DNA of 60,094 nt from Octopus bimaculoides (GCF_001194135.2 NC_068999.1:19204316-19264409), one strand, 5' to 3'; shown: positions 24,446 to 38,300, numbered from the stretch's first letter. Notes: generated by a model not told the origin, from the letters alone. Program-made: numbers and translations.

Positions 24446-26850
24446 ATGCTATTCTTGTTATTATATGTTTGGCATTTGTTTTCTATTTGTACAAGTTGAT
24501 TCCAAGTCTCACCCAGAGACATCAACAGGCAACGGCTTAGAAGTTCAAGTTGACGTTATGACTAAGGTGCCTTATATTTGGTTTTGCACAGATTATTGTT
24601 GGAGAGAAGGACTGTCAAATGATAAGTTATTTAGAAGTTTGTCTTTAAAAGTATTTTGACTAAATGTTATTGGTTGACATTTACATTTAAAAGCATTTTG
24701 CCACGATTTACGATTTAAAATATTTTTTGGTGTATACAGTCTATATTTTACGTAGGTCTTGACGGATATATTTATGTCGATTGGGACAGTCATATCGATG
24801 AGAAGGCATGATTTTTTTGTCTGAAATCCTTTAATATAATGTCGGGCCTATTAGCATCTGTCTTTCTATCAGTTTGAACGGTAAAGTTTCAAAGGAGTGA
24901 GATGTGGTCATTTTCAAGCACTGGAGGTGGTTTCTATTCCCACCAGTTTTTATCATGGGACACGTCCAAGTCATAGAAAATTACCCAGTGAATATACTGT
25001 GCTGCTCTATCATGCTCGTTGAGACAATCTGTAGGCACATGGATACAACATGATTGATGGTTTCATTTCGTTGTTTACATACACGCATGTCGGGATACTG
25101 CCGTTCTATAAAATCTTCACCTGGTAGCATTTGTTACGTAGGCATTGATTTTTGGTTGCTATGATAAATCATTTTGTCTCCGGTTTTAAGCCAGAAAACA
25201 CAAAAGTTTCATGGGTAAAGGGCTTTGTCAACATCTGCATTATTAACTCTCTATGGGTATTTGTCATTGAAAGGCTTATCTAGGTATTTATCTGTAAGAA
25301 TATTGAAGGCAACAGTTTTAGCGTTGATTTTCATACGCTTAGCCTACTTTGTGCTTGTTTCCAGTACGTCTACATTTGGGATTTGTTACATTTGGAATTC
25401 TCTTTGATATGTCCTTGCTTGCTTTGTTACTGAGTGAGCTGTTTTCTTGTTTTCATGCATTAACACGTGTTAGCATCCAGTCATCAAGGTTTTCAGGTAG
25501 GCGTTTAGATTAATTGTGGCAATCTTCAGTTTTAATTCCACAAACACCCTCTTTTCTTGGCAGTTAAAGTCTTTCTATGTGTGCCTTACAGTAGAGCATT
25601 CTATTCAACGTCAATAAAGACCGATATGGCTAAAGTATTGATCGCTTCGTTCTTGTTTCTGGCGTTCAGCTATGTCTTTCTGAGCTGTCATCACCGAACT
25701 GTTTAATAATTGCCAATAAGCCCTGTTGTTATTGGTCATTTCTTGCAAAGGTCATTAAATAATCCATGTAATAGCGATGACTTTTATTTTTATTTTTATC
25801 AAACATTTTATAGCCATATCATATACCATCTAGCAATTTCGAAAGAGGTATTAAGAATAGATAAAAGATGAGTGGTGATAGAGAGTCACCCTGAAAAATG
25901 TCACATGGAATTCTTACATCTCCAACAATGAAAAATTCATTGTCACTGTTCAAATTCAAAGTGATTCTCCGTGATCTCATATATACTGATACGAAATTTC
26001 CGAACATTTCTTAATCCGGCTATGTGGTAGTATATCAAAAGCGTTTTTTACAGTTTATCCAGGCTACCGACAAGTTCTTGTGTTGTTTGTGACAACCTTC
26101 CAAGATCATCTTACAGATGAGTAGCTGAGCTTTACAGTCATAAGACCCACGTTTAATTCCTTTTTACTCAGTGGGCAAGAGGCCCCTTTCTATTACAAGG
26201 CGATAAGTGTATTGATCCAAGACTGTTGTTTAGTATTTTATAAATTGTTATTAAGCAGGTCATGTGACTATAATTTTATTGCTTCATTTGTTTCTTAATT
26301 TTTCGGAAGTAGAAATGTAGAAAATTACTGTGCTACTTCTTTTGATGGGAGAGACTTTACTGTAGCTGGTACCTTGTAAAGATTTTGGGATATTTTTAAC
26401 ATGTTGTCCTTGAAGAACCTAGCGCGCTTTTCATGCCGTGCTATGTGGATAGCTTTAGCATATACCTTTTTTCTTGGTAGTTTCTATGGTGATATTGATG
26501 TGAAGTATGGTTTTCACATACTTTTCCTTTCATTTTGGGATTTTCGTTGGTTAATTATTCTTGTCAAACTTACGGCTTTTAAACATTCTGTGTCAGACCT
26601 AAGTAACTGAAATTATTGCTGAATAAGCTCTTGCCAAATAGGCTTTTTTGTGGGAAAGTTGTTTTCTAATACTTTCACCGCATCCAATCCTTGAGATCTT
26701 AGCGGTTGCATAGTGCAGGTGATTGACATTTCTAATATCAACAACATTAGCTGAAATCATATCTGCATATGAAAGGCAGATTTTACCAATTACTTTCAGG
26801 TTTTTGTTCCAGTTGCGAATTTTTTGGGAGAGTGTCACATTCATTCATAC
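24446..26850 (-). mobile_element. R4/Dong-like non-LTR retrotransposon, decayed RT + CCHC + RLE + 3' UTR
   Basis: Motifs across frames: YRPITCLTTIYK; YGCKAQLLICKMILEG..NLSVAWINCKNAF; IFQGDSLSPLIF; YMDYL (YxDD site); GLKPETK.FIIA; TCRVCKQRNETINHVVS; HDRAAQYIHW; DANRPDIILKD..CLLIDMTVPID. Last part of the RLE is missing; 3' UTR ends in (AAT)n. Confidence 0.92.
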
Positions 26851-26862
26851 CGGTTTCTTTTG

Positions 26863-26907
<45 letters not shown>
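26863..26907. repeat. (AAT)n tract, tail of the LINE at 26911-27900
   Basis: Direct reading. Confidence 0.92.
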
Positions 26908-26910
<3 letters not shown>

Positions 26911-27900
26911 TAGTCTTAATTTTATCGCGTGATTTCATTGCACTGCCGGGCGCAGCTCTGTGTAACTTCGGTATATGCTGTGGTTTGCTGTGAGGCTCTT
27001 ACGGTTTCTGTATTGAAAGTGTTTTACGTAGGATGTGTGCTAATTTCGTATGTTATATATATTTGTTAGTCCTGGTGTTTTTGTTATGCATCTGTCTGAA
27101 TATTTTTTAATCATACCTAATGCGCCCACTATGATAGCTATTGTTTCTGTTTTTAGACTCCACAGTCGATTTACTTCTATTTCCAGGTCTTTCTATTTTC
27201 AAAGTTTCTCCATTTCTTTTTAGAGAGATTTTGTCATCTGTCGGTATTGATACATTAATTAGAAAGCATTTTATCTTCATGATCTCTGACAAATATATCT
27301 GGCCTATTGGCCTTAATTTCTCTATCTGTGTGTATTGGTATATCCCATATTATGGTTGCTTTCTCATTTTCTGTGTCCTTATACCATCTTTTTTCCCGTT
27401 GTTATTTCATAGTGTTGGCATAGGTTCCATTATATGTAGGTCGCAACTCTGTAGTGTCGGTGGATATATAGCTTCTTAGCCAGGACTGGGCAGCCGGAGA
27501 CAATAAGATTTATTGTTTCTTGTCCATCTCCGCATATTCTGCAGTTATGTTTCTTTTCATTATATGATTTTGGTAATGTCTGGTGGGGAAGCTTTGGTCC
27601 TGTGCTGAGTCCTGAGCTTCTCAGCCATTGTTGGGATTTTGCTTTGTCTATTTCTTTTGCCTTCCATTCAGTTTAGCCCTGTATTTGACATGAAGGGGCT
27701 TTTCTTGCCCTCGTTTTATCATGGTCCGTTGCGGTTCTAGTTTTGGTGTGGATTTCATTTGTTTTACAGCTTTTGTTGTTTGTTATTCTTCTTCTTCATA
27801 GCTGTTACATAGTATGATTTGTTGTTTGTATTTGTCAGCTTCCTTAAAGACTGATAACATCTTTTTTATTTTGTTCGTGTTTTGTGGCTCTTTGTATTAA
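26911..27900 (-). mobile_element. R4/Dong-like non-LTR retrotransposon, 5'-truncated 3' end (different subfamily from 24446-26850)
   Basis: NCRICGDGQETINLIVSGCPVLAKK.YIHRH (CCHC); IIWDIPIHTDREIKANRPDIFVRD..CFLINVSIPTDD (RLE); IVGALGMIKK..HILRKTLS; short 3' UTR then (AAT)n. Confidence 0.92.
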
Positions 27901-27947
27901 TTTTCCTTCCTTCTAAGTAGGTATTTTTAAAGTCTTATGGTGGTTCA

Positions 27948-27950
<3 letters not shown>

Positions 27951-28029
<79 letters not shown>

Positions 28030-28040
28030 CATTATTATTA

Positions 28041-28100
<60 letters not shown>
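27951..28100. repeat. (TTA)n microsatellite
   Basis: Direct reading. Confidence 0.98.
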
Positions 28101-28101
<1 letters not shown>

Positions 28102-29756
28102 TAATATCATTATTTAGAACATGATTATAAACTCCGCTATACATTAAGATAGAAACGCATGTAAATAGACCATTGACATGTGTTTACATGTTTGTCTCTT
28201 TTAGTTTTGAATATGTAATTTTGTTATCAGTATTTCGATTATATTAAGTTCCTATAAAGTTATTTTAGTGTCCATCCTAGAGTATATACCACACATAATA
28301 TGATTGTGTGCGAATAGAATATTATCTCTCACGCCCGGAATCGTTTATATTTCTCTATGCTATATATGTATGTATGTATATGTATGTTAAGCTTTAATTT
28401 AATTTTAACCATTACTTTCCTTGTAATTCTCAATCCATTTTCTCGCGGTTAGGACTTATTTTGTGGAGAAAGTGTATATTACTTTACATAGTTATTATAT
28501 TGAACACATTATCCTTTCCTACTACTTTTATCATAGTTGCTATGTTATTAATCTTGATTTGTTCGTTGTTACGTTCATGTATGCTTCAGAGTAATATAAC
28601 CCTCTCGACTTAACAAATTTGTTATGACGTGTGTTTGTGCGTGATCATATAGACAAATGTATGCAGCTATTTTCTCAGTCATACCTGTGAGGGTAGTCTA
28701 ACTTTGCATTACTTCGATAATGATGGATTAATTGTATTATTTTTTGTTTTTAAATATTGAAAGCACAAAATCTTGGAAGTTACTATATTTTCGGACTGTT
28801 ATGATTTCTTCGAGAAATTCGAAACCACATCACTCTCTTAATTTACACATTTGTGTACACATCGTTCGTTGTGACCAGCAACAGTTTTTATAACGCTTTT
28901 GATAACGAGTTCGTGTGATTGCATATCAGATTTATATTTTCGCATACGTCATTCATAACTAATTTCTCAGCATCAAAATATAACTCTGGAAACTACAGCG
29001 CAAATTAATACCGAGTTTGATACTAACATTTCTCATAGCTTCATGAGCATTACTTTTGATAAGTCATTGATTACTAATATCGATTTCCAACTTATAAACA
29101 TTCCTGTATTTCGAAAACAGAATGTGTGAATATATGGAACATGTTAGATAGATTAAAAAGATTATATAGGACAAGTATGTAACTTAAGTACGGTCAGGAT
29201 ATTAAAGAAAACGTCAATGTATTTTGTAATTGAGCTATACAACAATATTTACTGTGATTCTTCAGTTATACATCAGGCATCTTGCCTTTCTTGCCTTTTA
29301 ATTTACTATTGGAATATAGCTATAAATATTAGTGTTGAATCTTTTGCTTGATATCAAATAAGCGCATGGGATAAATTAAAACTATTTTTTCCGTCTGGGA
29401 AAGCATTGTACGCATTTATTTTGATAAGTCATTCTTACATATTGCACAGCTAGAAAGCAAAAGGAGTACCTTTACAGATGAGACTATGAGAAATGTAAGC
29501 GGCAAAGTCGGCATTAATCTGCACTGTATTTTCCAGATTAATATTTAGATACTGAGAATCATTTCAAAATGTTTTCTACTTCATCAAATTTTGGGTGATA
29601 TTGCTAAAAGTTTGTGCTTTTAATATACTCAAGCCAGTGTATTTGATTTCTTTCATCTCACATTTAGTGATTCCTGATTTCATGCCATCAAATCGGGAAC
29701 CGTACATGTTTTCAAAAGGTGCAATACGTATAAGATAGCCATATGTGTATGCGTCC

Positions 29757-29818
<62 letters not shown>
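29757..29818. repeat. (GT)n microsatellite
   Basis: Direct reading. Confidence 0.98.
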
Positions 29819-29821
<3 letters not shown>

Positions 29822-30189
29822 GGCGTGTGTGTGAGTACGTTTCTGTGAGTGTGTAAATATGTGTGTGTATATTATGCATGTGTGTTCATGTATTTACTAT
29901 ACAACAATTTTGAAGTCCATAAAGATGCAACAGCAATGAATACCGGAGTTTGCTTCTCACCAGTTGCCACAGAACAGTAACGAGATACTCAACACAAATC
30001 CGAGTTTCGAAATCATCGTAGATAGCTTTTTTCCCCAACATCAAATAAAAACGACCATTAATTTCTTTTCCCCCAATTTTTGTCGTGATTTTAGAAAACA
30101 CTCGAATTCCACATTGACTATTTCGCACTTGATTTATATGGAAACAATATTTCCGTTCGATGTCTTCTGTGTCGTAACTTAATTTGATT

Positions 30190-31534
30190 ATCCTTTTACA
30201 TACTTCTGATACTTGTTGTCGGGTCAGATCCTGGTTTTAATTCAGCTTTACGAGAATTCTAATTCTAACGTCTATTTCCTTTTCAGAAGTTCGTCCCAGT
30301 GTAAACATCGTAATTGATTTTCTCTGTGTTCAGACTTTTCTAACGGGTGGTTGAACAAACATTTTTCACTGAAAATTTAAACACTATATCTATTGTGTCA
30401 TTAAATTTTATGTCCGGACGTTTTCTTGCGAGTACATAATTACTGTTACATTCACGTTCTGTTCTGTTCATGTTCTGTTCATGATTAATGCGCGTTTGCA
30501 TCTCCTCGTCCCCATAATCTCTTTTATTCTCTCTTTTACTCTTTTACTTGTTTCACTCATTTGACTGCGGCCATGCTGGAGCACCGCCATTAGTCGAGCA
30601 AATCGACCCCAGGACTCAATCTTTGTAAGCCTAGTAGTATTGTATCGTTCATTTTTGGCCGAACCGCTAGGTTGCGGGGACGTAAACGCAGCAGCATCGG
30701 TTGTCAAGCGATGGTGGAGGGACAAACACAAACACACACACACACANNNNNNNNNNNATATATATATATATATATATACATATATACGATGGGCTTCTAT
30801 CAGTTTCCGTCTACCAATTCCACTCTCAGGGCTTTGGTCGGTCCGAAGCTATAGTAGAAGACACTTGCCCAAGGTGCCACGCAGTGGGATTGAACCCGGA
30901 ACTATGTGGTTGGTAAGCAAGCTACTTTCCACATAGCCACTCCTGCGCCTATCATTACATTCTTTCTCGAAGGTTATGCTCATAGCATTTGTAGTATGAT
31001 TCGAAGGTAAATTTTTCGTCAGGTTCGTATTTGAACACTTTTTCTTACTTTCTTAACAACTTCGGTAATTGCAGTATCTATTTCTGTAGTTGTTGTCGTT
31101 TCAGCCGCTGCTCTTGCAGTTGTATCAACCGTTGTTGTTTTTCCCTCAGCTGTTCATGTTGCTATTGTTGTAACTCGAGCAAACCTGCACAAATATATTC
31201 CATATTTTACGGTTTTACCGGAGTTTTTTTGGGGTTTTTTTTCTGAGTTTATTAACTCCTCTTTGAATTTCTATTAACTCTACGTGAATTTGTTTATTCT
31301 CGTCGAGGTAACTAATCCCTTGTGAGTTAATGAAATACTCGTTGCCACTGTTATAAACCTTAAAACGTTGGATTATTATAACGCCCACTTTAGTATACAG
31401 TATACTTTGTAAAAGCAGTAAAGCCACGACTATCTCTGGGTGCCTACAACATACTTTTGTACTTCACGTACTTCTTTTCATATTCCTTTCGTCACATGGG
31501 CAGGGCGCACCGTTATTACTAATATCCTACAACA
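30190..31534 (-). mobile_element. Ty3/Gypsy LTR retrotransposon 5' fragment: LTR, PBS and decayed gag, interrupted by a SINE
   Basis: 186-bp LTR 31534-31349 (TGTTGTA...TATAACA), then G and PBS-like TGGCAACGAG (31347-31338). Gag-like MEYICAGLLELQQ..EQLREKQQ..VFKYEPDEKFTFESYYKCYE; after the SINE, NYVLARKRPDIKFNDTIDI..IFSEKCLFNH and DVRIRILVKLN..DLTRQQVSEVCKR. Confidence 0.8.
30533..30949 (-). mobile_element. tRNA-derived SINE, family A, full length, inserted into the Gypsy gag
   Basis: Reverse complement begins GGCGCAGGAGTGGCTATGTGGAAAGTAGCTTGC and ends ...GACTGAGTGAAACAAGTAAAAGAGTAAAAGAG-like tail; central microsatellite coincides with an N-gap. Confidence 0.93.
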
Positions 31535-31598
31535 ATTACCGCATACATACACAAAAGCACTCAAAAAATGCACACGCACACACACAAGAACCACTCCC

Positions 31599-31648
<50 letters not shown>

Positions 31649-32000
31649 NNNNNNNNNNNNNNNNNNNNNNNNNNNNNNNNNNNNNNNNNNNNNNNNNNNN
31701 NNNNNNNNNNNNNNNNNNNNNNNNNNNNNNNNNNNNNNNNNNNNNNNNNNNNNNNNNNNNNNNNNNNNNNNNNNNNNNNNNNNNNNNNNNNNNNNNNNNN
31801 NNNNNNNNNNNNNNNNNNNNNNNNNNNNNNNNNNNNNNNNNNNNNNNNNNNNNNNNNNNNNNNNNNNNNNNNNNNNNNNNNNNNNNNNNNNNNNNNNNNN
31901 NNNNNNNNNNNNNNNNNNNNNNNNNNNNNNNNNNNNNNNNNNNNNNNNNNNNNNNNNNACAGACAGGTAGATAGATAGGTAGAAAGACAGACAGAGAGAC

Positions 32001-32001
<1 letters not shown>

Positions 32002-32071
<70 letters not shown>
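32002..32071. repeat. (GATA)n microsatellite, followed by degenerate (GGAT)n
   Basis: Direct reading. Confidence 0.97.
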
Positions 32072-32072
<1 letters not shown>

Positions 32073-32870
32073 GTGCCGATGGATGGAAAATGGATGGAAA
32101 ATGGATGAATCGATGCATGGATGCAGGGATGCATGAATGCTGGATAATCGATGGATGGGTGAATAATCGATGGCCATTTGTGTAGAGAGGTAAATATAGA
32201 GTTTAGAGTGTTAGCTATATATGTGTGTTCATACAATCTTACATACATAAATGATTCCATTCATACATACATAAGTATATATATATATTCATATTCATAA
32301 CATATTTGTGTTTATTATGACGTGAGATATACATGTATCATATTGATGGAATTAAAAGTAATATTCTTGGCGACTCTTTAGATAGGATATATCAATTGGC
32401 TAACGCATGCAGATAAAACTGATTGTTATTGCAAATTCAGCTTTAAGAATTATTTGTCTGCATTATTTTTCTCCTCCGGTTGTTCTTACAAAAATCCATT
32501 CAAGTTTACATCAAGTATAATCTAACATTATCAAATATATCACAAAAGAATTATTTTGAATTGTATTTTATGTTAAACTGTAATTGTATCATGTGTTTCA
32601 AATTGTGAGATATTTTTCTTTTAATTCTCGCTTTCACACACATAATTCTATGTGTTATTCTGCTGCAAATATTCCACATATGCACGTGTGTTCTATCCCC
32701 CAAAATCTTAGGTATTTTCGATTTACTTTCAAGACTGATCAAGAAGTGACAGTTTACGCGCATGCATAATTTATATAAATTTAACGTAAATGTATATATT
32801 TCAGATTTCATTTGTTGTATAAGGAAATTACGTTCATATATTCTTTTGTATTACATTTACAGTATATATA

Positions 32871-32916
<46 letters not shown>

Positions 32917-32926
32917 NNNNNNNNNN

Positions 32927-32960
<34 letters not shown>

Positions 32961-33121
32961 GTGTGTGTATGTGTGCGTGTGTGTGTGTGTGTTTGTACGG
33001 AAATTTAGAATTTAAATACCTCTATGGCAAAGTTTATGTAATCTTCATATTCTCTATCATAATTTATGTGTCTGGGTTATTGTGTGTTTGAGAGTATTGT
33101 TGCATACTCATGTGTGTGTGT

Positions 33122-33157
<36 letters not shown>

Positions 33158-33214
33158 ATATAGGTGTGTATATAAACTTATAAATAAAATTTAATTTCAT
33201 TTGGCTTCAGTTTC

Positions 33215-33242
33215 CCGCCCTCTGGCGCTGGTGTCACGTGAT
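33215..33242. promoter_or_regulatory. Candidate CTCF-like motif (minus strand) with adjacent CACGTG E-box
   Basis: Minus strand GCGCCAGAGGGCGG vs CTCF consensus CCASYAGRKGGCRS (12/14); GTCACGTGAT at 33233-33242; GC-rich patch in AT-rich DNA. Motif match only. Confidence 0.3.
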
Positions 33243-35205
33243 GTACGATTCAGAATTTGGAAGTTTTTATGCGTAATCGATTATAATTTTATTCAATGTG
33301 TTATCGATAATTTCACTTGTAGGATTTCAGTCTAAATTTAATCAAGTACAGATGATCTCGTAGAAATGCAAATTTTCCTGAATATAGACCCATCCGTATG
33401 CTATTTCTAACATCAGCAGTCTAAGGATTATTTTGCGCGAGCATTTCTTGGTCTTCTTACATAGATATTTCCATAGAATGAATTGTTTTCATTTAAGAAT
33501 GAGACTCATACTAAGGGACGGGGAGATGAAAGAGAGAAAAAGAAAGGAGCGCTGCAAACGCTGACACTGTCAAACTACTATTTAAACGATGCACCATTAA
33601 ATTAATATGTTATTTCATTTAGTTCTTAACATGATTCCTTCACAATCGTTACTGGTTACTTCTATCATTGTGATACTAGAAACATTATTAATAAAAGTTT
33701 CCCCTTAATAAAAACAATATATTGTCAATTGAAAATCTGTATATGTCAATTGCAAGTTATTGCAAAATCTAAACGGCTCTGTGCGAATACCTGTTTCATT
33801 ATTGCACAAATTCTACATCTGTATGTGTATGTCTTGAAATTGGAGAAAATTAATATGGGTGAAAAAAGATAAGGATACATGTTCGTTCATGCATTTATTT
33901 GAAATTGTGTGTGTTAATATTGTATCGTTATATTATTGAAAATTGGAAGTGAATCTCTGATATCAAAAATGTCACTGAATAAGTATAAGAATTGGTACAA
34001 TGAGAATTGGGGGGCAACTTATTAGTCAGAACACTTTAAAGTATTGCCCTAGAATAGCGACACTCATTACTGAAACACACGGTTGATTATAAATAAAAAA
34101 AAATATATGTGTGTGAAAGTATGTGTGTGTGTCTCTCTCTCTCTGTATGTATATACATATTAAAGGTAAATATGTAATTTAAATACCTTTCAATCTTCCA
34201 ACAGCTGCGATAATTATTAACTGGTAATTGGACGGGAAACGTGTATTTTTTATATACCTTGGACCTGCCACTTCATTGTTTTTCTCGAGAGTTTCACCTC
34301 CAGCCATTCGTTATGTCAGTCAACATACAGACACTGACACACCGTTCCGCAGTCATGGCAGTAAAGACGGAAAGTTGCCGATGCAAAATGTTGTTCACAT
34401 TTGGATATATAGTATTCATTTATTTGAAATATAATACAAATAAGATGATTTTAGTGTTATTACATTAGAATTAAAATTGAAAGAATAAAAGTGAAACAAT
34501 ATTATATCACATTATTTTTTCCCTTTTGACACGTAGTACCGAACCAGTGCCAATGTTATATTGTTTTAATCTAAATAAATAAAAAAAAGATTATATGTTG
34601 ACACTCGCGGCATCTGATGCTGGTATCTTGTAAAATTTGATTTGATTTGGTCGAGCTGTTTGAGAATACAGAGGAAAGAGACAGACAGACAGACATACAG
34701 GCAGACAANNNNNNNNNNNNNNNNNNNNNNNNNNNNNNNNNNNNNNNNNNNNNNNNNNNNNNNNNNNNNNNNNNNNNNNNNNNNNNNNNNNNNNNNNNNN
34801 NNNNNNNNNNNNNNNNNNNNNNNNNNNNNNNNNNNNNNNNNNNNNNNNNNNNNNNNNNNNNNNNNNNNNNNNNNNNNNNNNNNNNNNNNNNNNNNNNNNN
34901 NNNNNNNNNNNNNNNNNNNNNNNNNNNNNNNNNATATATATATATATAAAAACCGGATGGGGAGAAGAAACAGATAAAAATGAGGGATTAGGGTAAAAAA
35001 TTGACACTGCCGGGGTAGGTTTTAAATGATGCGTCATTCTGGTATTATTTGATTTCATTTAGTGCATTACATGTTTAATTCACCTTTCCTTCCACGATTT
35101 TTGCTCGTTACTTGTATCATAGTGATAAAAGACACTCTATTTAAAATACCGTAAATAACATCAATAGAAAGTAAACTGACTGGCGCGAATCCTTTTTTTC
35201 CGCAG

Positions 35206-35368
35206 ATCAAAGATTTGAGCGACTTCGAGTCCAGCATCGGGACCCACCTTGTGAAAGCGTGAAAGCACGCTGGAAAACGTTGCTCCTCTAAATGGAAACC
35301 ATAACTGTCTTTATGGATTTGTAACACGAAGGGAAGCAGGCCTTGCCGTCCACACAGGAAAACACAAA
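35206..35368 (+). other. Candidate non-coding/5'UTR exon (163 nt)
   Basis: Branch-like ACTGAC (35175-35180), CCTTTTTTTCCGCAG acceptor, AAA/GTGAGT donor; GC-richer than flanks; stops in all three frames. Confidence 0.4.
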
Positions 35369-38300
35369 GTGAGTGGTCTACAAGCACTCGAGCAAAAGAC
35401 GAGGACACGTGTAGGAACAACAATCATATTTACTATTTTGATGCTCAGGAAAAGTGGAAAGTCATTTTACGTACGATCCTGCGTTCTTCGACAAAAAGGA
35501 ATAAGAATAGAATGAAAAAAAACGTGCTCAGTTTATTCTTATAAGCAGTTATAATAACCATTGCTTTCATTTGTAGGTCCATTAAAATAGTAACTAGATT
35601 GTAGTGTGCATTGTGATGGAGAGGTACTGGAGAGAAATTTTTAATATTCAAAATTGTTATATATTAGTCTTCAGCATTTATTCATGAGTGAACTTTGTAA
35701 ACATGTGCGTATATCTGGGTGTGTCGGCTTCAGATCATACGTTTCTTTTAGTGATGCATATAAAGAAGTAGGATAGGCAGCTGATGTCTTTGGTCTGCAG
35801 ATGCGTTGTTAGATTTCGTTACTTTTGGTTTTATTAGATTGAAGATATTTCTTTGGTAATTTAAAGTTCAAAGTTCAAAGAGATGTCCAGAATTTATAAA
35901 CTTAATAATCGGGTTTGTCAACATTTTTCGTAATGGAATTTTCTAGGGTTCGCAAAAGGAAGAAAGTAGGTAATAATTACTGGTTGTTCACTCAATTTGT
36001 TTACTTGTTATTGATGTTATTTATATATTTCCTCTTTGTAATTGGAAGTTATTAGTCGACTATGTGATGATGTTGATAGTAATGGAAATGGTTTATCTTG
36101 TTCTTTGATATTCAGAAGAGTATGTGGGTAGGTCTACATGAGTATATTCACATCTTTACAGTAATGCGCCACTTCGACGTCACCGACAATTCTATAGCTG
36201 TTAAAAGGTAATATATATATATATATATATATATATANNNNNNNNNNATGTATGCATAATAACATATACATGAACACCCCCGCATGCGCACACATATGTA
36301 TATATATGTATATATATATATATATAACATACATTATAGAAATAAGGTAATATTTATCCCCACTGGATCTTGTTTTGCCACACACTTTACTGCGGTAACT
36401 ACAATGAGAGAAACTCTCTTATCGGCTTCTTTGCGCAAAATGCACTCTTGTTCATATCGCTAGCGTGGAGATAAAACATTAGATCAAGCGTTTCCGACCT
36501 TCTTTGGTCTTGTCAATTTTGGACACCCAATCTTTAGAGACGCCAGCAATTTACCTCCCCGTCAGCGATATATAGATTGAAAGAGTCATGGTAACAATTA
36601 GCAGGTACGCAGAAATTCACTTCAATGAAATGATTTAGTTCTGCTCAGATTTAGGTAACCATAAGATTCTATTGGCAACAATTACGATTTTGTTGACTTC
36701 GGTTTGAATTTAGATAGAAGAATACTTAAGCTCAACATTTTCCAAGTTGTAAGTGATACAAATATGAAGTGTCCATGATGCCATTTAAATACACACCGGC
36801 CTCGTGCTGAGAGACGTACGAAGAGATTGATAAAACATGGCAATTGACTCATTGCTCACGATGTGTAGAATTTTTTGCATCCCCTATGTAATGTCTGCCT
36901 ATTCTTTGAACGCGCCCCTGTGTTTTACCATCAGATTGAAAAGCTCATATATCGTATCTATTTTAGGGCAATTATGCTTTGTCTATACGCCAAGCGTATG
37001 GACAAGCTCATAGTTATCCCTATCGCCAAAAGGGACACGGATTATGATTTTTCAAGATGTTCCCTCAGCCTGATACCAGTCTTTCGTACTGAAACAAGTT
37101 AAATATATTCTCTGACTATTTTTAACCCCTTTCATTGCAATGTCTACTTCGTATAAGCCATTTGATAAAAAAGTATTTATCAGCATGTACTTAAACGTCA
37201 CACTGGAATATGCAAAGGTAATTTACTGATGCATAAGTTTCAGTATAGCTATGATTACCCTATCTAACAAATACATTTTACTACCGATCTGGTTGTTTCA
37301 AAATACATGAAGCTGGTATTTTTGGCGGTCTAGTGATCAAACTGAAGTTAATTCGCATCAACTCTCAAAATATATGACTATTTAAAATAATATTTTGAAA
37401 AATAATTTAACGCCGTCAGATTCCTCCATTTCAGTTCTAAATGGAGCAACTTATATATGTTTTTATTAAGAGAAGGATGATGCGAAGTTGAAGACATTTT
37501 GCGCGTATTTCAGATGCAACAATAAATACTTAAATGCTTTGTCGATAGAATTTCAGTTCTAAATGTACAGAATTTCGATAGCATGTTGCTAAGACAATTT
37601 CACTCAAGCATAATTATAAGATGCATTTTTGTAACATATATCCCGAGAAAATCTCCATATATGACATAGCACAAAGAAATATTGCACGGTATTTAATTTA
37701 CACAGAAGTTTCATGTGGGTGCATAGTCAGAATAATCAAATAGATATGTAGGAAATGTTTGTAAGCGAGGAAAGTAGATTTGAAAAAATAAGATTCTGCT
37801 GGAAATCTGTTAGACTCTTACAGATATTTATCGATTTTGAAAAGGATCTGCGCCTCACGTTCACCTTCCTTACATTTGTGATTTGATAAAATGAATTTAA
37901 TAACAAACAATAATTGATATAGCTACGAGATGTTCGTTTTCCTTCAGTCTAATAACAGAAGTATTACATATAGTCAGTGATATATGTTTACAGCAATTAT
38001 ATAAGACTCTAATATATTTCAATATCCACGCACATCAAATTATTACCGAAATCAAATTATCAAGTTCATATGTAAACTACTGACATTATCAAATCTAATC
38101 GGTAAATACATGCTCAGAAAAATATATCTTTCATATATAGATTGAGCGAAAATTAAGATTTTCAAGTAGCCTTCTGATGATGATGTAAAAGATGTGTGTA
38201 ACGTCTATATAGTTATATCTGAGTGTTTTGAACATAAATTCAGAATTTACATACTTATTGTAAGAAAACGTATAGGAAAATCTGTAAATTTTGAAATAAA

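Noticed and set aside
33990-34090. Very degraded SINE-tail-like sequence (also 5465-5510)
   Set aside because: Similarity too weak to annotate by eye.
35067-35423. 118-aa minus-strand ORF
   Set aside because: No recognisable motif; lies antisense to the better-supported exon candidate.
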